From NCBI GenBank assembly GCA_002269645.1, contig NIVC01002249.1, positions 124,001 to 188,000 of the forward strand: 64,000 bases of DNA, given 5' to 3'. A model generated the notes under the pieces. The model was not told the DNA's origin, did no database searches, and worked only from the letters and a program-made list of their open reading frames with translations. The DNA is from Macrostomum lignano. Taxonomy: Eukaryota. Positions within the stretch are counted from its first letter, which is position 1; each line of letters begins with the position of its first letter. Below are positions 23,945 through 35,650 of this stretch, piece by piece. The position numbers and the translations under genes were made by a program.

Positions 23945-26900
23945 ATGGACACTCAGCAGCAGGCTAAAAATGCTACTCATTCTTCTGGTCACACAGCAAT
24001 GGATGTAGATGAGACTGCAGCTGCTGCCTCAGTTACTGCAGCTGTCGCCTCTTCTGCTGGTCTGCCCGACCCAGCCAACTCGAGCAGCTCAACTGAGCAG
24101 CAGCCGCCGGCTCGCCAGATTCAGCTTCAAAGCGACACCGAGGTCAGCCTGACCGACTTCCTCTCCTCTCTGGGCCGCTACGATAGCAAATTATGCGGCG
24201 ACAGTAGTAAGAAGTATGAGCGGATTATGAAAATTGGCCAGGGCACCTTTGGCGAGGTGTTCAAAGCGCGCAGCCGATTAGAAAAGAATCTGATCGCTAT
24301 GAAGAAGATCAAGATGGAGCACGAATTGGAAGGCTTTCCCATCACGGCTATTCGAGAAATTCGGATTCTATTGGCCGCAAATCATAAAAATCTTGTTAAA
24401 CTGTTGGAGATCTGCAAGACCGAGCCGACTAAGGCTAATCGGTACAAGTCTGAGTTTCACCTGATATTCGAAATGCTCGATCACGATCTGGCCGGGTTAT
24501 TGGCTAATCCGAAAGTGACATTCACCCTGGCTGAGAAGAAGGACATGCTGCACCAGCTGCTGGAGGGTGTGTGGTATCTGCACAGGGTCAACATTCTGCA
24601 CAGAGACATGAAGGCCGCCAATATACTCATTTCTAAGAAAGGTTTGTTGTCTCGAGTGCCTGTTATCTAGAGTTATTGTTTGAGCAGAATAGGCAGGTTG
24701 TGTCACCCCTCATGGCACCCAGCGTGAGCCAGTGGCGAATTAAGCTGAGCTCCAGTTCACGCAGCCGTTATAGAGTTAGCAGCTCTCTAAGCTGCCGTGA
24801 ACTACTTCGGGGTGAGAGTGCAGTGGCGACTCCCTGACAGTGTCCTCCACACTCTACAGCAGCTAGCTGTGTACAGTGATGATGCAGTGAGACTGTGTAC
24901 AGTGATGATGCACTGAGTCTGTGTACAGACTGCCTGCAAGCTGTAGCTGTGTACAGTGATGATGCTGAGTCTGTGTACAGACTGCCTGCAAGCTGTAGTT
25001 GTGTACAGTGATGATGCTGTGAGCCTGTGTACAGACTCCATTCTAGCTGTAGCTGTGTTAGTGTACAGTGATGATGCAGTGAGGCTGTGTACAGACTCCA
25101 TGCTAGCTGTAGCTGTGTACAGTGATGATGCAGTGAGGCTGTGTTCAGGCTCCATGCTAGCTGTAGCTGTGTACAGTGATGATGCAGTGAGGCTGTGTAC
25201 AGGCTCCATGCTAGCTGTAGCTGTGTACAGTGATGATGCAGTGAGGCTGTGTACAGGCTCCATGCTAGCTGTAGCTGTGTACAGTGATGATGCAGTGAGG
25301 CTGTGTACAGGCTCCATGCTAGCTGTAGCTGTGTACAGTGATGATGCAGTGAGGCTGTGTACAGACTCCATGCTAGCTGTAGCTGTGTACAGTGATGATG
25401 CAGTGAGGCTGTGTACAGACATGTACATTCCAACTGCACATCAATAAACAATAATGCGACCTGCAGGCGTGCTGAAGCTCGCAGACTTTGGCCTGGCCCG
25501 CAACATAACCACCAGCGACAAGACCAGGCAGTACACAGGCCGGGTGGTGACCCTGTGGTACAGGCCGCCGGAGCTGCTGCTGGGAGACCGGCAGTATGGA
25601 CCCCCGCTAGACATGTGGGGCGTCGGCTGCATCGTGGCGGAGATGTGGACCAGATCGCCAATTATGCAAGGCGGTGCCGAGCAGAAGCAACTGGAGCTGA
25701 TTGTGAACCTGTGCGGCTCCATCACTAAGGAGGTGTGGCCGAACTGCGAGAAACTCGAACTGTACCAGGAGATGTGCGCCGGCTTGCCAAGTAATCAGAA
25801 ACGAAAGGTGATTAGAAATTTTCTTGGCGGTTGCCATGGCAGGGCCATTCATCCAGTTACTACTTTTAGTATTTAGTTGCCAAGGCCTACTTAAGTATAA
25901 TGTATTCGGTAAAACCTGTAGCCCTTAGTAGTTATATGTACAATTAATTTACTCTTTCAATATTGTCCAAGTTTTTATACTTTATCCGCATTTCCTAGAA
26001 AGCAGATCGTCATTCCTCGAATCTGTTTTGCATTTCTTAGAATCTGGATTGTATTCCTGGAATTTAGGATTTTATTGTTTAAATATCAAGTCAGGCGTTT
26101 CCTAGAAATGTGGCTCAAGTTCCTAGAATGCTATTTAAGTTCATACATGCGCAACCCCTGATTTACACTGGCCATGCGACTTACTAGCAAAATTAACGCT
26201 TTTGGGTAAACGGCAGGAGTAACTATAACTGTCTTATAAGGGCTAAATGCCTCGTCATCTAATTAGTACTACGTCTTTATTCTTTGGGGTGGGCATTTTT
26301 GCGAATTACCCCTGGTCCGCCACAATTTACGGTGGTCAGATCGGTCAGGTCGGCCAGCAGTTGCGCATGTATGTTTAAGTTTCTTAGAATATCAATCGTA
26401 CCTATGGGGTTCTATCTAAGAGGTTGCAGCCTAAGTGGTCAGAGCGTCGGACTCACGACTTGAAGGTCGGGGGTTCGATTCCCGATTCCACTGGAACAGT
26501 TTGTGTTCTTGAGGAAGACACTTAACTCTGCATTGCTTCAGTTCACCCAGCTGTAAAATGGGTGCCATCATTAGCTGGGGTGATTGAGGGTGTGTGTGGC
26601 GACCCCCAAGTCCTTGGACTGAACAGCCGTACGCAGCCTTCAGATGCGCCGCGCAATAGCTGCGGCTGAGCTGTAAGTTGCACACCTGGCCTAACTGGGA
26701 CAGGTGTAATCACCTGCTATTTGGATTATATCCGTGGAATCTGGCGCTTCAAAAATGTTCTAATTCGTTTTCTTAGAAAGGGTGTAGAAACCAACTTTAC
26801 CAATATTCGCCAGGTCAAGGAGCGACTCCGCCGCTACATCAACGACACCGAGGAAGGCCTCGACCTCATCGACAAGCTGCTGCAGTTGAACCCGGCCACC

Positions 26901-27164
26901 CGCCTGACGGCTGAGCATGCGCTTGATCACAACTTTTTCTTTGTCGAGCCGGAGCGCACCAGCATCGAGCCCAAGCTGCAGACCATCGATGTCAGCTGCT
27001 TCGAATTGCTTGTGTCCAGTCGGCAGGCCAAGCCGCCAATGGGCGTCCTCGGTGGCGGCGCCGGCGGAGGCGGCGTGGGCCGCGGCGGGCCCGGCGGATC
27101 CCGGATGCAGGTGCCGCCAACAAGGAATTTCCCGGATAATCCCAACTACGATAGGATTTTTTGA
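23945..27164 (+). CDS. CDK9: Cyclin-dependent kinase 9 (P-TEFb catalytic subunit), 3 exons, about 462 aa
   Basis: Exons 23945-24641, 25467-25807 and 26814-27164 join in frame with GT-AG introns. Motifs IGQGTFGEVFKAR, GFPITAIRE, HRDMKAANILI, DFGLAR, YTGRVVTLWYRPPELLLG, AEMWTRSPIMQG, LCGSIT.EVWP, QKRKVKERL and C-terminal YDRIF (CDK9-type FERVF). Confidence 0.95.
24860..25420. repeat. 54-bp minisatellite in CDK9 intron 1
   Basis: Unit GCTGTGTACAGTGATGATGCAGTGAGGCTGTGTACAGGCTCCATGCTAGCTGTA. Confidence 0.9.
26204..26267 (+). pseudogene. 64-bp degenerate 28S rRNA fragment (H69-H71 region) in CDK9 intron 2
   Basis: GGGTAAACGGCAGGAGTAACTATAACTGTCTTATAAGGGCTAAATGCCTCGTCATCTAATTAGT versus the conserved eukaryotic LSU GGGTAAACGGCGGGAGTAACTATGACTCTCTTAAGGTAGCCAAATGCCTCGTCATCTAATTAGT (from memory): 4 substitutions, a 2-nt insertion and a 2-nt deletion. 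Confidence 0.85.
26420..26711 (+). mobile_element. tRNA-derived CORE-type SINE, copy 1 (in CDK9 intron 2)
   Basis: tRNA-like head with A-box (GTGGTCAGAGCG) and B-box (GGTTCGATTCC); body GTGTTCTTGAGGAAGACACTTAACTCTGCATTGCTTCAGTTCACCCAGCTGTAAAATGGG resembles the MIR CORE; three copies in the window. Confidence 0.85.
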
Positions 27165-27299
27165 CTGTCTGTTTTGCGTATTCATTTGCATGCATTCGTA
27201 TAAATGAGTAGCCCAATTTGCTTCTGTGCGCGGTCGGAGGTGGGTCTGTTTGTGCTAGCTTTGGATTGCATGTACTTTTCTAACTCTTTCCCTTTCGCC

Positions 27300-27770
27300 T
27301 TTGTTTCTTTGCCTCTCCTCTCTCCTCTCCTCTCCTCTTCTCTCTCCCTCTCCCCTCTCCCTCTTCTCTCCCTCTACTCTCTCCCTCTCCTCTCTCCTCT
27401 CCTCTCCTCTTCTCTCTCTCCCTCTCCCCTCTCCCTCTTCTCTCTCCCCCTCTCTCCTCTCCCTCTTCTCTCCCTCTCTCTCCCTCTTCTCTCTCCTACC
27501 TCTCCTTCTCCTCTCTCCTCTCCTCTTCTCTCTCTCCCTCTCTTCTCTCCTCTTCTCTCTCCCCCTCTCTCCTCTCTCCCCCTTATCTCCCTCTTCTCTC
27601 TCCTTTCGCTCTTTCACCACTCTCCTTTCCCTCTCATCTCTCCTCTCCTCTCTCCCCCTCTCCTCTATCCCCCGTATCTCCCTCTCCTATCTGCCTCCTC
27701 TCTCTCCCCTCTCTCCTTTTCTCCCACCTCTCTCCCTCTCCCTCTTCTCTCCCCCTCCTCTCCTCAGTCC
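27300..27770. repeat. CT-rich low-complexity tract
   Basis: Irregular (CT/CCT)n. Confidence 0.9.
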
Positions 27771-28480
27771 TCTGTAGACTTGGGTTTTCCAAAAGAATCA
27801 CCAACAGCAGCCCGTGTCTGCCGCGGGCGCAAGCCATCATTCTTGAGCATTGAATTTGATCTTACCAGTTGTTATCCCGCATTTTGTACTGCCAGACAGG
27901 GGTTTTAAACTAATTACATTTTGTCAAGCTGACCAGTTAGCATAACCGGTGGCATTATTAATAATAAATAACTTGCTATCCCAAGTTTTCAAATCAAATC
28001 GCTTTGTATGAATGTCTAATAAAAGTGCTTTCTGTCTTAGTCATGTATGTTTAGCGAACTTTTGTGATTTATTTTTGAAAATTTTGTCGCACTACTCGAC
28101 TTTGTAGCTTAGCATATGCTACTGTCAGTAGCAGTGGGTTTCGTCGGTATTTAAAAAAAGCATCTACATTCGCTCCAGTTAAATATTATGCTATGATTGC
28201 TATTCTGTAATTATAAACTGTTATAATAAAAATTTAAAAGTTTTGCATCATAGCAGAGCTGGCAGCTGGGCTCTGCTTGGTGCAAATATTGATTTCTATT
28301 AATTAATGCTCAATTGTATTTGGCCAGGTATCCAATTTGTGCCTTTAAATAACTTTTTTATTTTAATTTGTCTTATCAGCTGACTTTAAACAATTAGTTG
28401 GGTAATTCCATTAAAATCTATTTTTAGAAGACAACAATGGTGTTAGTGTCTAATATGACAATAATATATTAATAGTAATC

Positions 28481-28772
28481 GATTACACCTGCCCCAATTG
28501 GTCCAGATGTGCAACCTACAGCTCAGCCGCAGCTATTGCGCGGCGCATCTGAAGGCTGCGTACGGCTGTTCAGTCCAAGGACTGGGGGGTCGCCACACAC
28601 ACCCTCAATTACCCCAGCTAATGCTGGCACCCATTTTACAGCTGGGTGAACTGAAGCAATGCAGAGTTGAGTGTCTTGCTCAAGGACACAAATTGTTCCA
28701 GTGGAATCGGGAATCGAACCCCCGACCTTCAAGTCGTGAGTCCAACGCTCTGACCACTGGGCTGCAACCCCC
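28481..28772 (-). mobile_element. tRNA-derived CORE-type SINE, copy 2
   Basis: Reverse complement of copy 1; AT-rich (ATT)n-like tail to the left of 28481. Confidence 0.85.
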
Positions 28773-28776
28773 TTTT

Positions 28777-28817
28777 GCCGTAAAGACGGCCTCTTACTGC
28801 GAAGACTCAATTTAATG
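28777..28817 (+). pseudogene. Orphan spliced-leader (SL) exon copy
   Basis: GCCGTAAAGACGGCCTCTTACTGCGAAGACTCAATTTAATG versus the Macrostomum lignano SL as recalled (GCCGTAAAGACGGTCTCTTACTGCGAAGACTCAATTTATTGCATG): 1 substitution and a 4-nt deletion. It has a 5' hairpin GCCGT-AAAG-ACGGC and ends in ATG like flatworm SLs, but there is no GT donor after it. Confidence 0.75.
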
Positions 28818-28861
28818 TCTTGAAATAATATTGCAATTGCACTGTGCATTGCAGGCATTAA

Positions 28862-29911
28862 CAGTAAAAAGGCCACGCTATTTTTCCCCATGGGGAAAGA
28901 CCACGGGGGGTGTATTACAAATACACACGACCCATTTCACGATAGCTCGCAAACCGAATTACCGATTTTCGTAAAAGTTCACCATATGGATCAAAATTTT
29001 CCGCCCTTTCCGACGAACTAACTTTCAAAGTCATCCGACGTCAGCAACGTCGAGATATTCAACAATTCTTGTCGAAGACACTGGTGGCAAGGACAATCAA
29101 CAATACACTGTATAAATCTTAATGGTGAATCCATATTGGCTCAATAATCTGGGTCAATCTGTCGTAGAGGCTTTTGTTTTCAGCATCCCAGGCACCAGGG
29201 TCCCCTTCATCACCGTCTGGAGCATCGGCGGCGACCATCGGGACCTTCAACAAAAGCACCCGATCGGCATCTCACAGACGGCTGCGTTCCCAAAACTGAA
29301 ATGGAAGAATCCTCTTCAGCATGCAGCATTCAGTCAGTAGACACAATCGGTGAATGAAATGGACGATGGCGACCCTCTAGGCTGACCTGTAGACATACAG
29401 GCGACCTTCGGGACCTTCAACGGAGTGCCACCGCGCGGCCCTGACGAGCTGGCACCCTTAACATCGTGATTTTTCTATCAAGGCACCAAACCAGGCATGT
29501 CTGCATATCACTCCGTTGAAGGTCCCGAAGGTCGCCTGTATGTCTACAGGTCAGCCTAGAGGGTCGCCATCGTCCATTTCATTCACCGATTGTGTCCACT
29601 GACTGAATGCTGCATACAGAAGAGGATTCTTCCATTTCAGTTTTGGGAACGCAGCCGTCTGTGAGATGCCGATCGGGTGTTTTTGTTGAAGGTTGAAGGT
29701 TGGTGGTTTTTGCCACCGGACACCTCGAGGAGAATCGTTGAATATCTCGACGATGCCGATTTTTCGTGATTCTCGAAGTTGCTCTATCGGATAGAGCGGA
29801 AAATTTTAGCCCGTGTTCTGGATTTTCATGGCAATTGGTTGAATATTTTTGGAGAGCCAGACAAAGGAAAAATGTGTGCATTTGAAATCCACCCCCATGG
29901 TCTTTCTACTG
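28862..29911. mobile_element. Non-autonomous foldback-type DNA transposon, 1050 bp, TTAA flanks
   Basis: TTAA at 28858-28861 and 29912-29915; termini CAGTAAAAAGGCCACG / CATGGTCTTTCTACTG; long diverged inverted arms plus a 184-bp near-perfect inner inverted repeat (29244-29427 / 29509-29692). Confidence 0.8.
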
Positions 29912-30095
29912 TTAAGTACTCGTAGACTAGATTTCTTCTGGCATACTGTGTTTTTCATTTAATTTTTGCTACACAACCCTGTCCCAAATCCCTAGTTAGT
30001 CTTGTAGCTCGTACATCGGTTGTTATTCTAAATCCCCCAAATTCCCAAGTCAAAAATTGTAATCCCAAATCCCCAAGTTAGACAGATTTATAGCT

Positions 30096-30450
30096 CAAAT
30101 CCCCAAGTTAGATATTGATCCCAAATCCCCAAGTTAGATATTGATCCCAAATCCCCAAGTTAGATATTGATCCCAAATCCCCAAGTTAGATATTGATCCC
30201 AAATCCCCAAGTTAGATATTGATCCCAAATCCCCAAGTTAGATATTGATCCCAAATCCCCAAGTTAGATATTGATCCCAAATCCCCAAGTTAGATATTGA
30301 TCCCAAATCCCCAAGTTAGATATTGATCCCAAATCCCCAAGTTAGATATTGATCCCAAATCCCCAAGTTAGATATTGATCCCAAATCCCCAAGTTAGATA
30401 TTGATCCCAAATCCCCAAGTTAGATATTGATCCCAAATCCCTAAGTTAGA
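30096..30450. repeat. 26-bp minisatellite, about 13 copies
   Basis: ATCCCAAATCCCCAAGTTAGATATTG. Confidence 0.95.
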
Positions 30451-32083
30451 TCGACTGTCAACTCATATCCCCAAGACATCGATATTCATCTAAAGTCCCT
30501 AATTTTTATCCCAAAGTTCTTTCTTTGAGATAGCCTTTCTTAAACGAGCTATATATATGTATCTATGTTCAAATAACACACTAGTCAGCCGACAGTGGGG
30601 CTGCCTGGAGTATAGTGTTCCAAAAAACTTCTATTATTAATGAGGAAATAAAAATATTAGCATTGTTTTTAATACAATGCTAATCATATATCCAATCAAT
30701 GGTTCTACTTTCGTCTATGGTAAAATCACTGTCTATGGCCTCTATGGTCGCTGCGCTCCCCAGGAAGGGACACTCACCCGCCCCACCCTACTCCGCTACA
30801 TGTATACGACCATAGAGCTTCCCTGCCAGAGCATTGGGTTTAAGACAAAGAGAGCAGTAAAATTAACACAAGTCATGCCCGCCGCGCAAATGCAGAGCTG
30901 GAGAGCCCACCAGACAAAAGCAATCTACAGGATTGGCGTTCCATGGTACTGCAGAGAATCACAGAGTCAGGCTTGGATGTTATCACTATTTGTTCACACT
31001 GCGCTTCCTGCCCCTCTGTTTAGCCCGTGAAAACATCTGACTAAGCACACATGCGGTCTGACAGTTGATTTACAGTTTTAGTTTTGACTTGTTCGCTATG
31101 TGCATCACAAAATGCTAATTCACAGCAGCTCCTTCTGGGTGAAGGCTATGCAGTGGTTGAGGCCGTTGATAAAACTCTGAGGCTTGGCAAGGTTGCAGTG
31201 AGGCGCAGTGCTGATTGGCGCACAGGGGTGTACTGAATACACTGGCGCTTATGGGAAAAATCCGACCTTCTGGAAGAACTATAAAAAGTAAAAAGTTTTA
31301 AGAAGTTCCAATCTTGTATGCAAGTATTTTTATTTTATGTTCCAAGGATGTCAATTAAATGTTGGAACCTTATAAATACACGTGTATTTATTGCTGCGGT
31401 ATCAAGATCTGTCAATATCGTATCCGGATAGGAATAACCACCTCCGTAACTCTATAATTGCATTGCTATGGTTACCATGCATCAAATTGAAAAGCCAAGC
31501 GTGCTCGCGCAGCAAATGAAAAATACGCACAAAGAAATAAAAGTTCAAGCGGTGTCCTAACAGTTTGCGAGATTAAAATTTAAGTTCTATTCATAAACTG
31601 ACTGTTTCCTGTTCATCCCACCAGTCCAAATTAGAGAATTCTTATTCATGCTCGAGGGCAAAGCAGTGCATGCTCAAACGAATTATCCTTCTCAGAGGGC
31701 ACATGCAAGAAAACATACAATACATGCATGTCTACTTTAAATAAAATTACGTCAACATTTTGTAATCCGGAGGGCTTCTCACGAACACTTGCCTCATGCT
31801 AGAGCCTCAAGCTCTGCATGTGCGTGCGAGCACCATTAGGCCGTCTCCATGGACTTCTCAAAGCTGAGACCAACTCCAAATTATAAGTAGACCTAACCTA
31901 TAATGAGGAGGCTTAAACCTTATTAAACAGAGGCAACATAACTGCGTTAGACATCTAAAATCATATTAATCGAATATCTTCAAAAGGCATCCCACGAACT
32001 TTCTGAGAAGCCCTTGGCAGAGCACAGAGACGCCTGAATCAAAACTACAAATAATAATTGTGCGCACTGGGGTAGTTGACTAG

Positions 32084-33638
32084 TTAATTAGGGTCGAACC
32101 CCAGTCGGCTAGTACGACTTGTCGACGTTCTCATCAGCAGGGTGTCGATTCGTCGACGCTGCACTAATCGACGAATTTCCACGTCGCCAAGGTCCCAATC
32201 GTCGCGGGAATCAGCGCCGACGCCGACGCATTCGCCGCTGCTCCTGTCGAGAGCCTCAGCCAGCGGCAGGAAGCGAATCCGCCGCCTGAGGTCGTCCGTC
32301 GAGGCGGCTGCGGCCGGCCCCGCCGCCTGGCGCGCCGCAAACATCGGTTCTTTATGTCGTCGACGAATTATTGAAGAATTCGACGAAAATGTTGTCGACG
32401 AGGCCGACGGCGATGGAGAGTTCGGCCGGGCCGGCGCCTCATCTGCCTGCGGCGTCGCCGACTGCGGTGGCTGCGGTGTCAGGCTGGGCGCGGAGCGAAC
32501 TGTTGCGGGCGTCGTCGCGGAGTCGGCAGTCCCGGCGGGTGCCGTTCTTGTCCGGCGGGTCGACGCCGAGCGACGCTGCGGCGGCTGCTGCGGCGAGTTT
32601 GACGGCGGCTCGACGCGTAGGAAATCGCTGCTGCCGCTGCTCTGCAGGCTGCTGGTTGGGAATTGGAGCCGTCGATTGGATGCCTCAGCTGATGCGACTT
32701 GGAGCACCACTGTCTGAGCTGTGCCGCCCCCCTCCCAGATCCCCAGTTGCTGGGCCACCGCCACTTTCCCAGATCCCCCAACCTCCCAGAGTGTCAGTTG
32801 CTGGGCCAGCCTCCCAGATCCTCAGTTGCTGGGCCAGCCTCCCAGAGTGTCAGTTGCTGGGCCAGCCTCCCATATCCTCAGTTGCTGGGTTAGCCTCCCA
32901 TATCCTCAGTTGCTGGGCCAGCCTCCCATATCCTCAGTTGCTGGGTTAGCCTCCCATATCCCCAGTTGCTGGGCCAGCCCAGATCCTCAGTTGCTGGGCC
33001 ACCTGTCCAAATCCCCGTTCTGTTTTCGCACCTATTTGCACCGAGGAGCATCAATGGTTTTATGTTTTATGACCGCAGAGTGAATCCGCAACTCACGAGG
33101 ACGCGTAGCTGGCCTGCTCGCTCCACCGGTGCTTCGCGATCACCTTCTCAGCCAGTTTCGAGGACCGACGATTCGAGCGCGGACCGGCGCACGGCGCGGC
33201 CTCCTGGGTGCGCGCCACGGACAAGCGGCTCTTCATGTCGGCCACCGGAGGCGAGCCGGCCGACCCGCAGCTGGCGGCCGTGGCGGTGGCGCGGCCACCC
33301 TTCGGCTTGAAGCAGCTCCGCCTGCGGTACTCGGGCGCGTAGCTGCCCAGGTCGAAATCCGACGACCTGCTGTCCACCGTGTCGGTGTCGCGCAGGTTCT
33401 GGCAGACGTGCCAGACGGTGGACTTGTCGCCGCCCAGCACCCGGCTGACGATCTCTCGCTCCTCTTCAGACAGCGATCGAAGTCGGGATCCGCAGATGTC
33501 GCCACCAACAATTCCGCTGACGGCGCTGCTGATGCTGAACTCCGGCCGTTTGGCACGAGCTTGCCGCTGCTGCCGCTGCGCCGGGTTGGTCATGCTGTGG
33601 CGCGGCAGGTGGCTGGATGACTGAACAACTGGCCTCAA
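32084..33638 (-). CDS. Hypothetical low-complexity protein, at least 2 exons
   Basis: GC-rich open blocks 33097-33638 (donor GTGAGT at 33096) and about 32084-32718, separated by a 28-bp minisatellite. A possible 29-bp microexon near 33003-33031 reconciles phases. LRSLSEEEREIVSRVLGGD weakly resembles a Rab-effector SHD start. Frame of the distal exon is uncertain. Confidence 0.45.
32730..33000. repeat. 28-bp minisatellite
   Basis: CAGTTGCTGGGCCAGCCTCCCATATCCT, about 9 copies. Confidence 0.9.
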
Positions 33639-33859
33639 ACTGATCGATGGACTTGGCTAGTGTCATCCCCTGCTGCCGCTGTGGCTGTGCGAGAAATTGC
33701 AGCTGCTGATTTTGTTAACTTTGACCATAGAGCTCAGGGTGTTCTATAAATAGCATCTGGACTGCGTTTTATCACATGGATGTCAAAATTCAGTGGCGGG
33801 TGACTTGCGATGTTCAAGTATACTTTTTCAGCGAGCAGTCCATCTTCCCTCTCTGTCTC

Positions 33860-35650
33860 ATCTGCTCACCCTCTCCTCTGCCTCACCCTCTCTCCCTCTC
33901 GTCTTCCTCACCCTCTGCTTTGCCTTACCATCTCCTCTGCCTCACCCTCTCTCTCTGCTCACCCTCTCCTCTGCCTCACCCTCTCCTCTGCCTCACCCTC
34001 TCCTCTGCCTCACCCTCTCCTCTGCCTCACCCTCTCCTCTGCCTCACCCTCTCCTCTGCCTCACCCTCTCCTTCGCCTCACCCTCTCCTCTGCCTCACCC
34101 TCTCTCTCTGCTCACCCTCTCCTCTGCCTCACCCTCTCCTCTGCCTCACCCTCTCCTCTGCCTCACCCTCTCCTCTGCCTCACCCTCTCCTCTGCCTCAC
34201 CCTCTCCTCTGCCTCACCCTCTCCTCTGCCTCACCCTCTCCTTCGCCTCACCCTCTCTTCTGCCTCACCCTCTCCTCTGCCTCACCCTCTCCTCTGCCTC
34301 ACCCTCTCCTCTGCCTCACCCTCTCCTCTGCCTCACCCTCTCCTCTGCCTCACCCTCTCCTCTGCCTCACCCTCTCCTCTGCCTCACCCTCTCCTCTGCC
34401 TCACCCTCTCCTCTGCCTCACCCTCTCCTCTGCCTCACCCTCTCCTCTGCCTCACCCTCTCCTCTGCCTCACCCTCTCCTCTGCCTCACCCTCTCCTCTG
34501 CCTCACCCTCTCCTCTGCCTCACCCTCTCCTCTGCCTCACCCTCTCCTCTGCCTCACCCTCTCCTCTGCCTCACCCTCTCCTCTGCCTCACCCTCTCCTC
34601 TGCCTCACCCTCTCCTCTGCCTCACCCTCTCCTCTGCCTCACCCTCTCCTCTGCCTCACCCTCTCTTCTGCCTCACCCTCTCCTCTGCCTCACCCTCTCC
34701 TCTGCCTCACCCTCTCCTCTGCCTCACCCTCTCTTCTGCCTCACCCTCTCCTCTGCCTCACCCTCTCCTCTTCCTCACCCTCTCCTCTGCCTCACCCTCT
34801 CCTCTGCCTCACCCTCTCCTCTGCCTCACCCTCTCCTCTGCCTCACCCTCTCTCTCTGCTCACCCTCTCCTCTGCCTCACCCTCTCCTCTGCCTCACCCT
34901 CTCCTCTGCCTCACCCTCTCCTCTGCCTCACCCTCTCCTCTGCCTCACCCTCTCCTCTGCCTCACCCTCTCCTCTGCCTCACCCTCTCCTCTGCCTCACC
35001 CTCTCCTCTGCCTCACCCTCTCCTCTGCCTCACCCTCTCCTCTGCCTCACTATCTCCTCTGCCTCACCCTCTCTCTCTGCTCACCCTCTCCTCTGCCTCA
35101 CCCTCTCCTCTGCCTCACCCTCTCCTCTGCCTCACCCTCTCCTCTGCCTCACCCTCTCCTCTGCCTCACCCTCTCCTCTGCCTCACCCTCTCCTCTGCCT
35201 CACCCTCTCCTCTGCCTCACCCTCTCCTTCGCCTCACCCTCTCTTCTGCCTCACCCTCTCCTCTGCCTCACCCTCTCCTCTGCCTCACCCTCTCCTCTGC
35301 CTCACCCTCTCCTCTGCCTCACCCTCTCCTCTGCCTCACCCTCTCCTCTGCCTCACCCTCTCCTCTGCCTCACCCTCTCCTCTGCCTCACCCTCTCCTCT
35401 GCCTCACCCTCTCCTCTGCCTCACCCTCTCCTCTGCCTCACCCTCTCCTCTGCCTCACCCTCTCCTCTGCCTCACCCTCTCCTCTGCCTCACCCTATCCT
35501 TCGCCTCACCCTCTCCTCTGCCTCACCCTCTCCTCTGCCTCACCCTCTCCTCTGCCTCACCCTCTCCTCTGCCTCACCCTCTCCTCTGCCTCACCCTCTC
35601 CTCTGCCTCACCCTCTCCTCTGCTCTCCTTCTCCCCTGCCTCACCCTCTC
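33860..35650. repeat. 17-bp minisatellite, about 105 copies
   Basis: CTCTCCTCTGCCTCACC; source of the spurious 640-aa ORFs. Confidence 0.97.

Noticed and set aside
26204-26267. Functional rRNA gene
   Set aside because: Only 64 bp, flanks are not rDNA, and stem changes are not compensated.
26420-26492. tRNA-Val(CAC) gene
   Set aside because: Anticodon stem is poorly paired and the sequence continues into a shared ~220-bp body in three copies, so it is a SINE head.
31771-32014. Small MITE with 11-bp TIR AGGGCTTCTCA
   Set aside because: TIR is short and no TSD is visible; cannot exclude chance.
32142-33620. + strand ORFs 32142-32717 and 33129-33620
   Set aside because: Antisense shadows of the GC-rich - strand exons; splice signals support the - strand.
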